From contig JBHOSR010000002.1 in assembly GCA_042584405.1 (NCBI GenBank), forward strand, positions 3,417 through 67,416: DNA of 64,000 bases. Direction: 5' to 3'. This document shows, piece by piece, positions 1 to 9,744 of this stretch. The notes under the pieces are model-generated. The model saw only the letters and a list, made by a program, of their open reading frames with translations, searched no databases and was not told the origin of the DNA. The DNA comes from Bacteroidota bacterium (GTDB taxonomy: Bacteria; Bacteroidota; Bacteroidia; Bacteroidales; UBA12077). Made by a program: the position numbers and the translations under genes. The stretch's first letter is position 1. Each line of letters starts with the position of its first letter.

Positions 1-2284
1 ACATGCGTGGGAATGGAAAGAAAAACACGGTGGTATTATCTTAGAGCAACTTAAAAAGCTTGGAGCATCGTGTGACTGGGCTCGAACAAAATTTACCATG
101 GACGTAGATATGTCGGAAAGCGTAATAAAGGTTTTTATTGACTTATTTAATAAAGGGCTCATATACAGAGGAGTTCGGATGGTGAATTGGGATCCAGAAG
201 CAAAAACCGCTGTATCTGATGAAGAGGTAAATTATAAAGAGGTTCAGTCAAAATTATATTATGTACGCTATAAAGTAGATGGCGAAGATACTTTTGTTAC
301 TATTGCAACTACTCGTCCGGAAACTATTTTAGGTGATACTGCCGTATGTGTGCACCCAGAAGATGAGCGATTTAAATATTTGCATGGAAAAAAAGTATTT
401 GTTCCTTTAATAAATCGTTCTATACCTATAATTATTGATGAATATGTTGACAAAGAATTTGGAACTGGAGCATTAAAAATTACACCAGCACATGATATTA
501 ATGATTATGAAATTGGCGATAAACATAATCTTGAATCTATAGATATTTTCAATGATGACGGAACAATGAACGAAAGTGCTAAACTTTATATTGGAGAAGA
601 TCGATTTAAGGTTAGAGCGCTTATTGTTAAGGATTTGGAACAAGCAGGTCATATCGTTAAGATTGAAGATTATGCTAATAAAGTTGGATATTCTGAAAGA
701 ACAGATGCAGTAATTGAGCCAAAACTTTCTATGCAATGGTTTATGAAAATGGAAAATTTAGCTAAACCTGCATTAGAAAATGTAATGAATGATAATATTC
801 AGTTTCATCCACCAAAATTTAAAAATACGTATAAACATTGGATGGAAAATGTAAAGGATTGGTGCGTTTCAAGACAGTTATGGTGGGGGCATCGAATCCC
901 TGCTTACTATTTACCTGAAGGTGGCTATGTTGTTGCAGAAACAGTAGAAGAAGCCCTTAAATTGGCAAAGGAAAAATCAGGAAATCCAAATCTTAGCATT
1001 AATGAATTAAAACAAGATGAAGATGTGTTAGACACATGGTTCTCATCTTGGTTATGGCCAATATCTGTTTTTGATGGTATAAATAATCCCGATAATAAAG
1101 ATTACAATTATTATTATCCTACAAATGATTTAGTAACAGCCCCTGAAATTTTGTTTTTCTGGGTTGCCCGAATGATTATGGCAGGATATGAATATAAAGA
1201 TGATAAACCATTCAAGAATGTTTATTTAACCGGAATAGTTCGCGATCATTTACGAAGAAAAATGTCAAAATCACTTGGGAACTCACCGGATCCGATTGAA
1301 TTAATGAAGAAGTATGGTGCAGATGGTGTTCGTGTAGGAATGTTATTATGTTCTCCTGCAGGAGGTGATTTGCTTTTTGATGAAAGTTTGACAGAACAGG
1401 GGCGAAATTTTGGAAATAAAATCTGGAATGCATTTCGCTTAGTGAAGAGCTGGCAGGTTGATGAAACTATAGAACAACCAGAGTCATCAAAACAAACAAT
1501 AGAGTGGTTTAAAAACAGATTAAATAGCGAAATTGATGAAATTAATGATTTATACCAAAAATTTAGGTTGTCTGATGCATTAATGTCGGTATATAAATTA
1601 TTCTGGGATGAATTTTCTTCTTGGTACCTGGAGCTGGTTAAGCCTGTGTATCAAAAACCTATTGATAAAAAATCGTATGATCAGACATTAGTATTTTTTG
1701 ATACCTTAGTAAAGCTCCTTCATCCAATAATGCCTTTTATTACTGAAGAGATATGGCAGTTAATGGAAGATCGTAAGCAAGGTGAAAGCATTATGGTTGA
1801 GAAAATGCCAGAAGCTGAATCTTATAATGAAAATATACTCGAATCTTTTGAGAGAGTTAAAGAAATTATTACAGCTATTCGAAACGTTCGCAACGAAAAT
1901 AACATTGCACAAAAAGAATTACTTACATTAAAGGTAAAAGGAGAATATGATAGTAATTATGATTCTTGTATATTGAAAATGGCCAATCTTTCGTCTGTAA
2001 AATGTACCGAATCAAAAATAGATGGAGCTGTTTCCTTTTTAGTAAAATCAGCAGAGTTTTATATTGAATTGGGTGATTTGGTTGATGTTGAAGAAGAAAT
2101 TAAGAAACTAAACGAAGAACTAAAATATAATAAAGGATTTTTAACTTCTGTAATTAAAAAATTGAGTAATGAACACTTTGTTAATAATGCTCCCGAGAGT
2201 GTTGTAAATATTGAAAAAAAGAAAAAGGAAGATGCAGAAGCTAAAATAAAAGTGCTTGAAGAAAGAATTGCACATTTAAAATAA
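1..2284 (+). CDS. valS: valyl-tRNA synthetase (5' end outside window)
   Basis: The frame is open from nt 2 ([34 protein letters not shown]...). It has the class-I KMSKS motif ([14 protein letters not shown]) and the ValRS-type C-terminal coiled coil. Confidence 0.95.
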   Translation, partial: HAWEWKEKHGGIILEQLKKLGASCDWARTKFTMDVDMSESVIKVFIDLFNKGLIYRGVRMVNWDPEAKTAVSDEEVNYKEVQSKLYYVRYKVDGEDTFVTIATTRPETILGDTAVCVHPEDERFKYLHGKKVFVPLINRSIPIIIDEYVDKEFGTGALKITPAHDINDYEIGDKHNLESIDIFNDDGTMNESAKLYIGEDRFKVRALIVKDLEQAGHIVKIEDYANKVGYSERTDAVIEPKLSMQWFMKMENLAKPALENVMNDNIQFHPPKFKNTYKHWMENVKDWCVSRQLWWGHRIPAYYLPEGGYVVAETVEEALKLAKEKSGNPNLSINELKQDEDVLDTWFSSWLWPISVFDGINNPDNKDYNYYYPTNDLVTAPEILFFWVARMIMAGYEYKDDKPFKNVYLTGIVRDHLRRKMSKSLGNSPDPIELMKKYGADGVRVGMLLCSPAGGDLLFDESLTEQGRNFGNKIWNAFRLVKSWQVDETIEQPESSKQTIEWFKNRLNSEIDEINDLYQKFRLSDALMSVYKLFWDEFSSWYLELVKPVYQKPIDKKSYDQTLVFFDTLVKLLHPIMPFITEEIWQLMEDRKQGESIMVEKMPEAESYNENILESFERVKEIITAIRNVRNENNIAQKELLTLKVKGEYDSNYDSCILKMANLSSVKCTESKIDGAVSFLVKSAEFYIELGDLVDVEEEIKKLNEELKYNKGFLTSVIKKLSNEHFVNNAPESVVNIEKKKKEDAEAKIKVLEERIAHLK

Positions 2285-2418
2285 AATATAATTTATCCTG
2301 AAAATCAGTTAATAATAGAATTTGTATAAATAAAAATATTTAAAAAGGACTTCAAGCTATTGACTTTTAAAGTTTTCTCATTAGTTTAGTAATCCTTTTT
2401 TAATGCAAAAACTACAAC

Positions 2419-3924
2419 ATGAAAGAATTAGAAATCAGATTAAATCCGAACCCTTTGGTTCAGTTTCTAAAAAAACCAGCCTCGGAATTTACACGCCAGG
2501 ATATAATATATTTTATTGAAGAAAACGAAATTGAAATGGTTAATTTTCGGTATGTAGGTGAAGATGGAAAATTAAAATCACTCAATTTTGTGTTAAATAG
2601 CAAGCAACATCTTGAAGATCTCCTATCAACTGGTGAACGCGTTGATGGCTCAAGCTTGTTCTCATATATTGAAGCGGGCTCAAGTGATTTGTATGTAATT
2701 CCTAGATTCAAAACTGCTTTTGTAAATCCTTTCTCAAATTATCCAACATTAGATATTTTGTGCAGTTTTTATACTCGCGAAGGACTACCATTGGAGAGTG
2801 CACCTGAACATATCTTAAGAAAAGCAATTGAAGAGTTTCACAAATCAACAGGATATGATTTTAAAGCTATGGGTGAGCTTGAATATTATGTAGTAAGTGA
2901 AAAAGAAGATTTATACCCGGGTGTAGACCAAAAAGGATATCATGAATCTCCTCCATTTACAAAGAATGGTGATATTCGTAAAGAAGCCATGAGTCTGATT
3001 TCGCAGTGTGGTGGCCAAATTAAATATGGACATTCAGAAGTTGGAAATTTTATAAGCGGCGATGAATTATATGAACAACAAGAAATAGAGTTTCTACCTG
3101 TAGATCCGCAAGATGCAGTTGATCAGCTGGTTATTGCAAAATGGATATTAAGAATGCTTGGGAATGAGTATGGTGTAAATATTAGTTTTGCTCCAAAAAT
3201 TACTGTTGGGAAAGCTGGAAGTGGTTTACATATTCATATGTTGCTCGAGAAAGATAGTTGTAACATGATGGTTGAGGGAGATGGTTTAAGTATTGAAGCC
3301 AAGAAAATGGTTGCTGGTATTCTGGATTTAGCAGCTCCTTTAACTGCATTTGGAAATACAATTCCTACATCATATTTGCGCTTAGTCCCTCATCAGGAAG
3401 CTCCTACGAATATTTGCTGGGGAGACAGAAATCGTTCGGTTCTTGTAAGGGTTCCCTTAGGTTGGATAGCAGATACAAGCATGATTAAAGACGCTAATCC
3501 CCAGGAAACTGGACGAATTCCATACGTTCCTGGAAAACAGACTGTTGAATTAAGATCGGGTGATGGATCAGCAAATATATACCTTTTTATGGCTGGAATT
3601 ATTTTAGCAGCTCAACACGGATTAGAAATGCCAAATTCGATGGAAATGGCAGAAAAATTATATATGGATGTAAATATATTTGATGAAGCGCATAAAGATA
3701 AACTTGAAAAATTGGAACATTTACCACAATCATGTTGGGAATCGGCCGATAAACTGATTGAGAAGCGTAAGTTTTTTGAAAAGAATGGAATTTTCCCAGC
3801 AGGTACAATTGATCAGGTTGCTAAAAAATTGAAATCATATAATGATAAAGATTTAAGTGAAAGATTATATGGAAAAGATGTAGAATTGCGTGATTTAGTA
3901 GATAGTTACTTACACTGTCAGTAA
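2419..3924 (+). CDS. glutamine synthetase family protein (501 aa)
   Basis: GS beta-grasp N-domain (VNFRYVGEDGKLKS, GERVDGSS, SDLYVIPRF) and catalytic-domain motif GSGLHIHML. Confidence 0.8.
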   Translation: MKELEIRLNPNPLVQFLKKPASEFTRQDIIYFIEENEIEMVNFRYVGEDGKLKSLNFVLNSKQHLEDLLSTGERVDGSSLFSYIEAGSSDLYVIPRFKTAFVNPFSNYPTLDILCSFYTREGLPLESAPEHILRKAIEEFHKSTGYDFKAMGELEYYVVSEKEDLYPGVDQKGYHESPPFTKNGDIRKEAMSLISQCGGQIKYGHSEVGNFISGDELYEQQEIEFLPVDPQDAVDQLVIAKWILRMLGNEYGVNISFAPKITVGKAGSGLHIHMLLEKDSCNMMVEGDGLSIEAKKMVAGILDLAAPLTAFGNTIPTSYLRLVPHQEAPTNICWGDRNRSVLVRVPLGWIADTSMIKDANPQETGRIPYVPGKQTVELRSGDGSANIYLFMAGIILAAQHGLEMPNSMEMAEKLYMDVNIFDEAHKDKLEKLEHLPQSCWESADKLIEKRKFFEKNGIFPAGTIDQVAKKLKSYNDKDLSERLYGKDVELRDLVDSYLHCQ

Positions 3925-3944
3925 TAATATTGATAATATAAATT

Positions 3945-3973
3945 AAAGCGTACTTTTTAAGTGCGTTTTTTTT
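3945..3973. terminator. probable bidirectional hairpin terminator between convergent genes
   Basis: aaagcgtac-ttttta a-gtgcgtttt stem (includes G-U pairs) followed by a T-run. It lies between the GS stop and the permease stop. Confidence 0.45.
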
Positions 3974-6062
3974 AGCTTAATACATCTTTAAATTCGATAT
4001 CTTGTGAAGCTAAAACAAATATTTTCTTTTTTATACTATTGGTATTTTCCTTTAATTTCTCAAAGTAATCAGTAAAATTTTCGTCAGGAGTTTTTAATCC
4101 GAGCATAACTAAATCGCTATTTGATGATTCATGTTTTAATATGTTCCAAAATGACTCACCTTTTGAAACTAGAACTTTTGTGTTAAAGTTAACACGCATA
4201 CTCGACAGCATTTCTTTTAAATTTGTTTGAGCCATATGTGCAGCCTCATCGGTTTTTACAACCATTTTTATGTTAATTTTTATGTTCGACCAGTAAGGAC
4301 TGTTATGCATTAAATATCCAAGAATCATCATTAAACCCCCATTTCCTTTTAATCCTCCCCACCAAATATCTACTGATTTTTTATTTCTAAAATCATCTGA
4401 CACAAAATCTTGCATTATAATCACATTTCGTTTTGATTTATAGAAATGATTAATCATTTGCGCATACTCCTCCTTATGATCTTGAACCTTTGATTCTCCC
4501 AATAAAACTGTATTTGGCACTAACAAACCTAAACCATATGAATTTACCAACTGAATAGCACCAGGGAAAACACTTTCTGCTCTTGTAACTCTCACTAATG
4601 CTCTTATCTTTTTACTGTTTAAATAATCCGTAATTTGTTTTTCAAAATCACTTATTTTTTCTTGTGAGACTTTCTTATCTGAGAGAATTGTAGCAATAGT
4701 AAATAATCCTTTTTCTTGGGTAATTCCATTTGCAAAATCAATCAAATGCCACCTTTTAGAAAGAGACCCTGATAAAACAAGTATATTGGGACGCCAACTT
4801 TTTGGATTTGCTTCTTTTTCTAACCGAAGTAGTGCGTACCTTATAATTTGTAGAAGCATTCCACTTCGGACATCTCCCCAGGTAGTTTTTAAACGACGTC
4901 TTCTTAACCAGGTATATACTCCACTTATAAATAAAATAGCTAGAATAGTTGCTAAAGGATTAATTAAAAACATCACAGCAAAACAACCTACTGTTCCTAA
5001 TAGTGAAAAAAACCAGTGAACTTTAAATTTGGGACGGAATGATGGACTTTCCAGAAACTTTTCAATTCCTGCCGTTACATTTAATACACCATAAGTGGTA
5101 AGAAAAAACATAGTTAAAATAGGAGCAATTGTATTAAGGTTTCCCATGTAAACAAGAATCAGCGTTAACAATATAGTGAATATTGTAGCTGCTCTTGGTA
5201 TTTGTTCATTACCAGAACCTTTTCCTAAAAAAGATAATTGTCGGGGTAATACCTGATCATTGGTAAGTGCTTGTAATACTCTGGGTGCACCAAGCAAACT
5301 TCCTACTGCGCTTGATAGTGTTGCTCCCCAAACTCCAAGTAAAATAGCTCCTCCCCAAAACGCAATTTTATACATTACTAATGTATCTGTTTTAAGATTG
5401 GATGGATCAACCCATAAAGCTAAAATAATTGGAATACTCATATAAATAATGTATCCAAAACCAATAGCTAAAAAAGTTCCTCTAGGAATAGATTTAGAAG
5501 GATCTTTAAGATCCCCAGACATATTAACACCAGCCATAATACCTGTAACAGCAGGAAAAAAAACCGCAAACACTTTCCAAAACTCCGTTGAATTCTCAGC
5601 GCTTAATACCCAAACATTTGATTGTGTTTCATGCAGAGGACCTCCAAAAAATAATGAAAGTAATGACAATATGATTACTCCTAAAATAAAAAACTGCAAT
5701 CGGATTGCTGCTTTGGTTGAAAATAGAGATAAAATTCCTAACAGAAGTGTGGTTACAAGTCCAACCAGTTTAATATCTAAAACTGGAAATATTGTTATGA
5801 CACTTTCAGAAAATCCAATAATATACAATGCAATAGAAAATGCTTGAGCCATATATAATGGAATCCCTATAGCACCGCCAATTTCAACGCCTAAGGATCT
5901 GCTGATCATGTAGTAAGCACCTCCAGTTTTAACAGGAGCATTTGTTGCAATGGCTGCAATTGAAAGTGCTGTAAGAAAGGTGATTGAAGTTGAGAGTGTT
6001 ACAATTATTAAGGTCCCTACAAGTCCAACATTACCTACAACCCAGCCAAACCTTAAATACAT
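3972..6062 (-). CDS. cation-chloride cotransporter-like (SLC12/APC superfamily) permease
   Basis: Multi-TM APC core (YLRFGWVVGNVG, GGAYYMISRSLG) plus a cytoplasmic C-domain of about 270 aa. Conserved TM1 sequence continues upstream of the first ATG (see findings). Confidence 0.8.
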   Translation of the reverse strand: MYLRFGWVVGNVGLVGTLIIVTLSTSITFLTALSIAAIATNAPVKTGGAYYMISRSLGVEIGGAIGIPLYMAQAFSIALYIIGFSESVITIFPVLDIKLVGLVTTLLLGILSLFSTKAAIRLQFFILGVIILSLLSLFFGGPLHETQSNVWVLSAENSTEFWKVFAVFFPAVTGIMAGVNMSGDLKDPSKSIPRGTFLAIGFGYIIYMSIPIILALWVDPSNLKTDTLVMYKIAFWGGAILLGVWGATLSSAVGSLLGAPRVLQALTNDQVLPRQLSFLGKGSGNEQIPRAATIFTILLTLILVYMGNLNTIAPILTMFFLTTYGVLNVTAGIEKFLESPSFRPKFKVHWFFSLLGTVGCFAVMFLINPLATILAILFISGVYTWLRRRRLKTTWGDVRSGMLLQIIRYALLRLEKEANPKSWRPNILVLSGSLSKRWHLIDFANGITQEKGLFTIATILSDKKVSQEKISDFEKQITDYLNSKKIRALVRVTRAESVFPGAIQLVNSYGLGLLVPNTVLLGESKVQDHKEEYAQMINHFYKSKRNVIIMQDFVSDDFRNKKSVDIWWGGLKGNGGLMMILGYLMHNSPYWSNIKINIKMVVKTDEAAHMAQTNLKEMLSSMRVNFNTKVLVSKGESFWNILKHESSNSDLVMLGLKTPDENFTDYFEKLKENTNSIKKKIFVLASQDIEFKDVLS

Positions 6063-6199
6063 TATTACACCTAAAATTGTTAGGATAGAAGGTGTGAATA
6101 CACCTCCAAATGTATTTAGTTTAGAAGAAGAGTTTTTTAGAATTTGTGTCTTAATAACTTAATTTATTTTAATGTTTAAAAGTATGAGAAAACTTAAAG

Positions 6200-6841
6200 T
6201 TAAGGAGCAAGCCTTCTTACTTTCCAATCGTTATCATCCAGGTAATACTCTATACGATCGTGTAATCGATTAGGCCTTCCTTGCCAAAATTCTATGATAT
6301 ATGGTGTTAAAACAAATCCACCCCAATTATTTGGCTTTTTTGTTGGATCTCCTCCAAATTTATTCTCAAATTCTGCTTGTTTTTCTTCAAGATATTTTCG
6401 ATCTGGAATTTCCTGACTTTGGGGTGATGCCCAGGCACCAATTCTTCTTTTAGCTGATCGGGTTAAGTAATATTCTTCAGAAACTTCCTTAGATGCTTTT
6501 TCAATTCGACCTTCAATTCGAATTTGTTTTTCTAACTCAGGCCAATAAAATAATAAACTTCCAAAATGAATTTCTGAAATTTGATGACCTTTTCTACTAT
6601 CATAATTGGTGTAAAATATAAAACTATCGTTTCTAATTTCTTTTAGCAATACCATTCGAGTTGATGGTTGCATATTTTTTCCGACCGTAGAAAGAGCCAT
6701 CGCAGTAGGTTCTTTAATGCCAGAATTTATTGCTCTATCCATCCAATCACTAAATTGTTTGAATGGATCGGGATTAACATTTTTTTTACCAAACGGTGTT
6801 TGTCGATAATCATTTCTAATTTGGTCGTATTTTTTATCCAT
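6200..6841 (-). CDS. pdxH: pyridoxamine 5'-phosphate oxidase
   Basis: 213 aa. PNPOx motifs: PDPFKQFSDW, RMVLLKE, FYTNYDSRKG, WGGFVLTPYIIEFWQGRPNRLHDR. Confidence 0.9.
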   Translation of the reverse strand: MDKKYDQIRNDYRQTPFGKKNVNPDPFKQFSDWMDRAINSGIKEPTAMALSTVGKNMQPSTRMVLLKEIRNDSFIFYTNYDSRKGHQISEIHFGSLLFYWPELEKQIRIEGRIEKASKEVSEEYYLTRSAKRRIGAWASPQSQEIPDRKYLEEKQAEFENKFGGDPTKKPNNWGGFVLTPYIIEFWQGRPNRLHDRIEYYLDDNDWKVRRLAP

Positions 6842-6853
6842 ACTGCAAGGTGT

Positions 6854-7789
6854 TTATTCATTTGTAGTTTCAAGCTGTGCATTGTTTATACTTGCATTAA
6901 GTTCAAAACCAAGTATTAAGGCAAATGAGTTAAAATATAACCACAATAAAACAACCATTATTGTTCCAATTGAACCATATAATTTATTGTATTGTCCAAA
7001 ATTATTTACAAAATACGAAAATCCAAGCGAAGTTAAAAGTGCTAAAATAGTCGCCAGTGTTGAACCTACCGATATAAATTTCCACTGTGTTTTTTTTGCG
7101 GGGGCATAATAATATAAAAACGATATTGAGAAAAAGAATAAAGCAATTATAACTATCCATTTTGAAAATGTTATGAGATAGTAAATAATGTTCATTTCAA
7201 GTATATTTACTTCAACTAGTTTCTCTAAAAAAAACTGTCCAAAAGTAATTAATAAGACTGATGACGCTAGTAAAATAAAAATCATAAATACCAAAAATGT
7301 TGATACAACTCTTATAGCAGTCCAATTTCTGGTATCTATTGTATGATACGTATTATTAAAGGCTTGAATTAAAGCATGTACAGCATTTGTTGAAAATATC
7401 AGACTAAAAAATGCTCCGAGTGAAAAAACTCCAATTTTTTTAACAGTTACAACTGAAATAAGTGTAGATTCAAAATATTGAAATGCATTTTGTGGTAGAA
7501 AATCTTTAATTAGCTCAAGCAGTTCTATTTGTAAGTTTTTAACGGGGATAAAAGGAATAAGAGTAAATAAAAACAACATGGTTGGAAAAATGGCTAATGC
7601 AAAATTAAATGCAATTGCAGATGCTCTTGTAGCCAAATATCCATTTTTTGCTCCAGAAATAAAAAACTTAATAACATAGTATATCGGAACACCGTCAAAA
7701 CCTGGCATGGAAGCTTTTTTAGCCTTAATTTTGAATTGGTGAATTTTAACTTTTATATAAGACCTCTTTTTTATTGGTGATTTCGACAT
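6854..7789 (-). CDS. YihY/BrkB (ribonuclease BN-like) family membrane protein
   Basis: 311 aa, about 6 TM helices. The layout is typical of the YihY family (ASAIAFNFALAIFP..., C-terminal LILGFELNA). Confidence 0.75.
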   Translation of the reverse strand: MSKSPIKKRSYIKVKIHQFKIKAKKASMPGFDGVPIYYVIKFFISGAKNGYLATRASAIAFNFALAIFPTMLFLFTLIPFIPVKNLQIELLELIKDFLPQNAFQYFESTLISVVTVKKIGVFSLGAFFSLIFSTNAVHALIQAFNNTYHTIDTRNWTAIRVVSTFLVFMIFILLASSVLLITFGQFFLEKLVEVNILEMNIIYYLITFSKWIVIIALFFFSISFLYYYAPAKKTQWKFISVGSTLATILALLTSLGFSYFVNNFGQYNKLYGSIGTIMVVLLWLYFNSFALILGFELNASINNAQLETTNE

Positions 7790-7824
7790 TCTAAAACTTA
7801 TAAAGCTAATTACAATGATGTAAA

Positions 7825-8667
7825 TTAAATAGCTTTTAAGCTCATATCCAAACTTTTTATCTGATGAGTTAATGCTCCAACTGAAATATAATCAACTCCA
7901 CATTCAGCGTAATTCCTTATTGTATCAAGTGTTATACCTCCCGAAGATTCTGTTTCATATTTGCCATTAATTAATTGTACAGCTTCACGGGTATCACTAT
8001 AATTAAAATTATCAAACATAATTCTATCAATACCGCCTACTCTTATAATTTCTGTTACTTCGCTGAGATTTCGGGCTTCAATTTCAATTTTAATTTTTTT
8101 CTTAAGTTTTTTAAGATATTCTTTTGTTTTTATTATTGCAGGCTCTATTCCTCCTGCAAAGTCAATATGATTATCTTTTAGCATGATCATGTCGTACAAT
8201 CCCATTCTGTGATTTTCACCACCACCAATTTTTACGGCCAGTTTTTCAAGATAACGCATTCCAGGAGTCGTTTTTCGAGTATCTAAAACTTTAGCTTTTG
8301 TTCCAATTAATTTATCAACATAAATTTTTGTGGAAGTGGCAACACCGCTCATTCGCTGCAATATATTCAGAACAAGTCGTTCTGCTTGTAAAATTGAATG
8401 AATTTTCCCTTTGATAATAAATGCTCGATCACCAGGATGAATTTCTTTTCCATCAAGTAAAAATAGCTGTATACTAAGATTTGGATCAATTGCATTAAAA
8501 ATCTTTTGGGCTATTTCTATCCCAGCTAAAATTCCCTCTTGTTTAATTAATAATTGAGCTTTACCCTCAGCAGTAGACGGAATGCAGGAAAGGGATGAAT
8601 GATCACCATCACCAATATCTTCTGCAACTGCATTTTTAATAAATGCATCAAGAATTTTATCAATCAT
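7825..8667 (-). CDS. nadC: nicotinate-nucleotide diphosphorylase (quinolinate phosphoribosyltransferase)
   Basis: 280 aa. Motifs: ERLVLNILQRMSGVAT, VLDTRKTTPG, GGGENHRMGLYD, MLKDNH. Confidence 0.9.
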   Translation of the reverse strand: MIDKILDAFIKNAVAEDIGDGDHSSLSCIPSTAEGKAQLLIKQEGILAGIEIAQKIFNAIDPNLSIQLFLLDGKEIHPGDRAFIIKGKIHSILQAERLVLNILQRMSGVATSTKIYVDKLIGTKAKVLDTRKTTPGMRYLEKLAVKIGGGENHRMGLYDMIMLKDNHIDFAGGIEPAIIKTKEYLKKLKKKIKIEIEARNLSEVTEIIRVGGIDRIMFDNFNYSDTREAVQLINGKYETESSGGITLDTIRNYAECGVDYISVGALTHQIKSLDMSLKAI

Positions 8668-9067
8668 TTTCAGTTTCTATTCTGAGTTGATGAATGAAAG
8701 GTTTGTCGTTTTTAAGTTTTATTAAAATAGTGACCCTGAAAGTTCCATTAAAAGTTACAAGCTTACCAATTGCAAATTTCGATTCTCCTTTACCTCCTTG
8801 ATGGATAAATTCAAAACTTTTTGGATAATGATCAGCAAAAAAATTGTCTACAATTTGTTGAGCTTGTATTTTGCTATAAACATCTTCTTTGTCAAGTATT
8901 ACAAGTTCTATTGTATTATTGAAGTATCGAGCTAGTTCTTCAGCACTACCTACTTTAAAAGCAATTGCAATATCGCGCGGTATTTCTTGATTATAAGTAA
9001 ATGACCCCAAATTGAAAATAAATGAGAATATGATAAATAATGGTAACGCTTTTTTCAAGGTTTTCAT
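8660..9067 (-). CDS. DUF4783-like secreted protein
   Basis: Signal peptide from the internal Met (MKTLKKALPLFIIFSF). Small alpha/beta protein encoded directly after nadC with an 8-nt overlap. The ORF could also start at 9103. Confidence 0.5.
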   Translation of the reverse strand: MKTLKKALPLFIIFSFIFNLGSFTYNQEIPRDIAIAFKVGSAEELARYFNNTIELVILDKEDVYSKIQAQQIVDNFFADHYPKSFEFIHQGGKGESKFAIGKLVTFNGTFRVTILIKLKNDKPFIHQLRIETEND

Positions 9068-9198
9068 TTCAAATCTTCTTAAGTTTGCGATATGTTTTCG
9101 CAAAAATCAAACCATAAATTGTGCCAATATACTCAACTTTGGTATTTATTTTGCGAAAATTATAAAAATTTACTGAATAAAAAAACCGACGGTTGTAT

Positions 9199-9672
9199 AT
9201 GAAAATTAAACTTTTGGTAATTGGTAAAACTGATTCTGATTTTTTACGAAGGGGGATCGATGAATATGTAAAGAGGTTAAAGCATTATTTGCCTTTCGAA
9301 ATAATAATAATTCCTGACTTAAAAAACAGAAAAAACTTAACTGAAGAGCAACAAAGGCATAAGGAGGGAGAGTTAATTTTAGCTCAATTCAATTCGGGTG
9401 ATTTTATTGTTTTGCTGGATGAAAATGGTAAAGATTTTTCATCAGTAGATTTTTCTAAATTTGTTGAAAAGCAAATGATTTCAGGATTAAAAAATTTGAT
9501 TTTTGTAATTGGAGGACCATATGGTTTTTCAGAGGAAGTTTATAAAAAAGGGGAGTTTAAATTTTCATTGTCGAAAATGACTTTTTCACACCAGATGGTA
9601 CGGCTAATTTTTACTGAGCAATTATATAGAGCATTGACTATTATTAAAGGTGAACCATACCATCATAATTAA
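9199..9672 (+). CDS. rlmH: 23S rRNA (pseudouridine1915-N3)-methyltransferase
   Basis: SPOUT fold, about 157 aa (MKIKLLVIGKT..., LIFVIGGPYGFS, LSKMTFSHQMVRLIF). The ATG at 9199 is preferred over the TTG at 9193. Confidence 0.9.
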   Translation: MKIKLLVIGKTDSDFLRRGIDEYVKRLKHYLPFEIIIIPDLKNRKNLTEEQQRHKEGELILAQFNSGDFIVLLDENGKDFSSVDFSKFVEKQMISGLKNLIFVIGGPYGFSEEVYKKGEFKFSLSKMTFSHQMVRLIFTEQLYRALTIIKGEPYHHN

Positions 9673-9744
9673 CAAACTTGAATAAAAAAATGTAAAATTA
9701 TTTATTACCTTGTGCACACTTTGTTCTCTTAAAAGACTTGTTAT

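Noticed and set aside
5449-5847. Antisense or alternative-frame ORFs inside long genes (also 16641-17108, 37817-38194, 40379-40687, 42155-42442, 19012-19281, 12795-13076)
   Set aside because: These are shadow ORFs opposite or within well-supported conserved genes. They have low-complexity composition and no start context or recognisable motifs.
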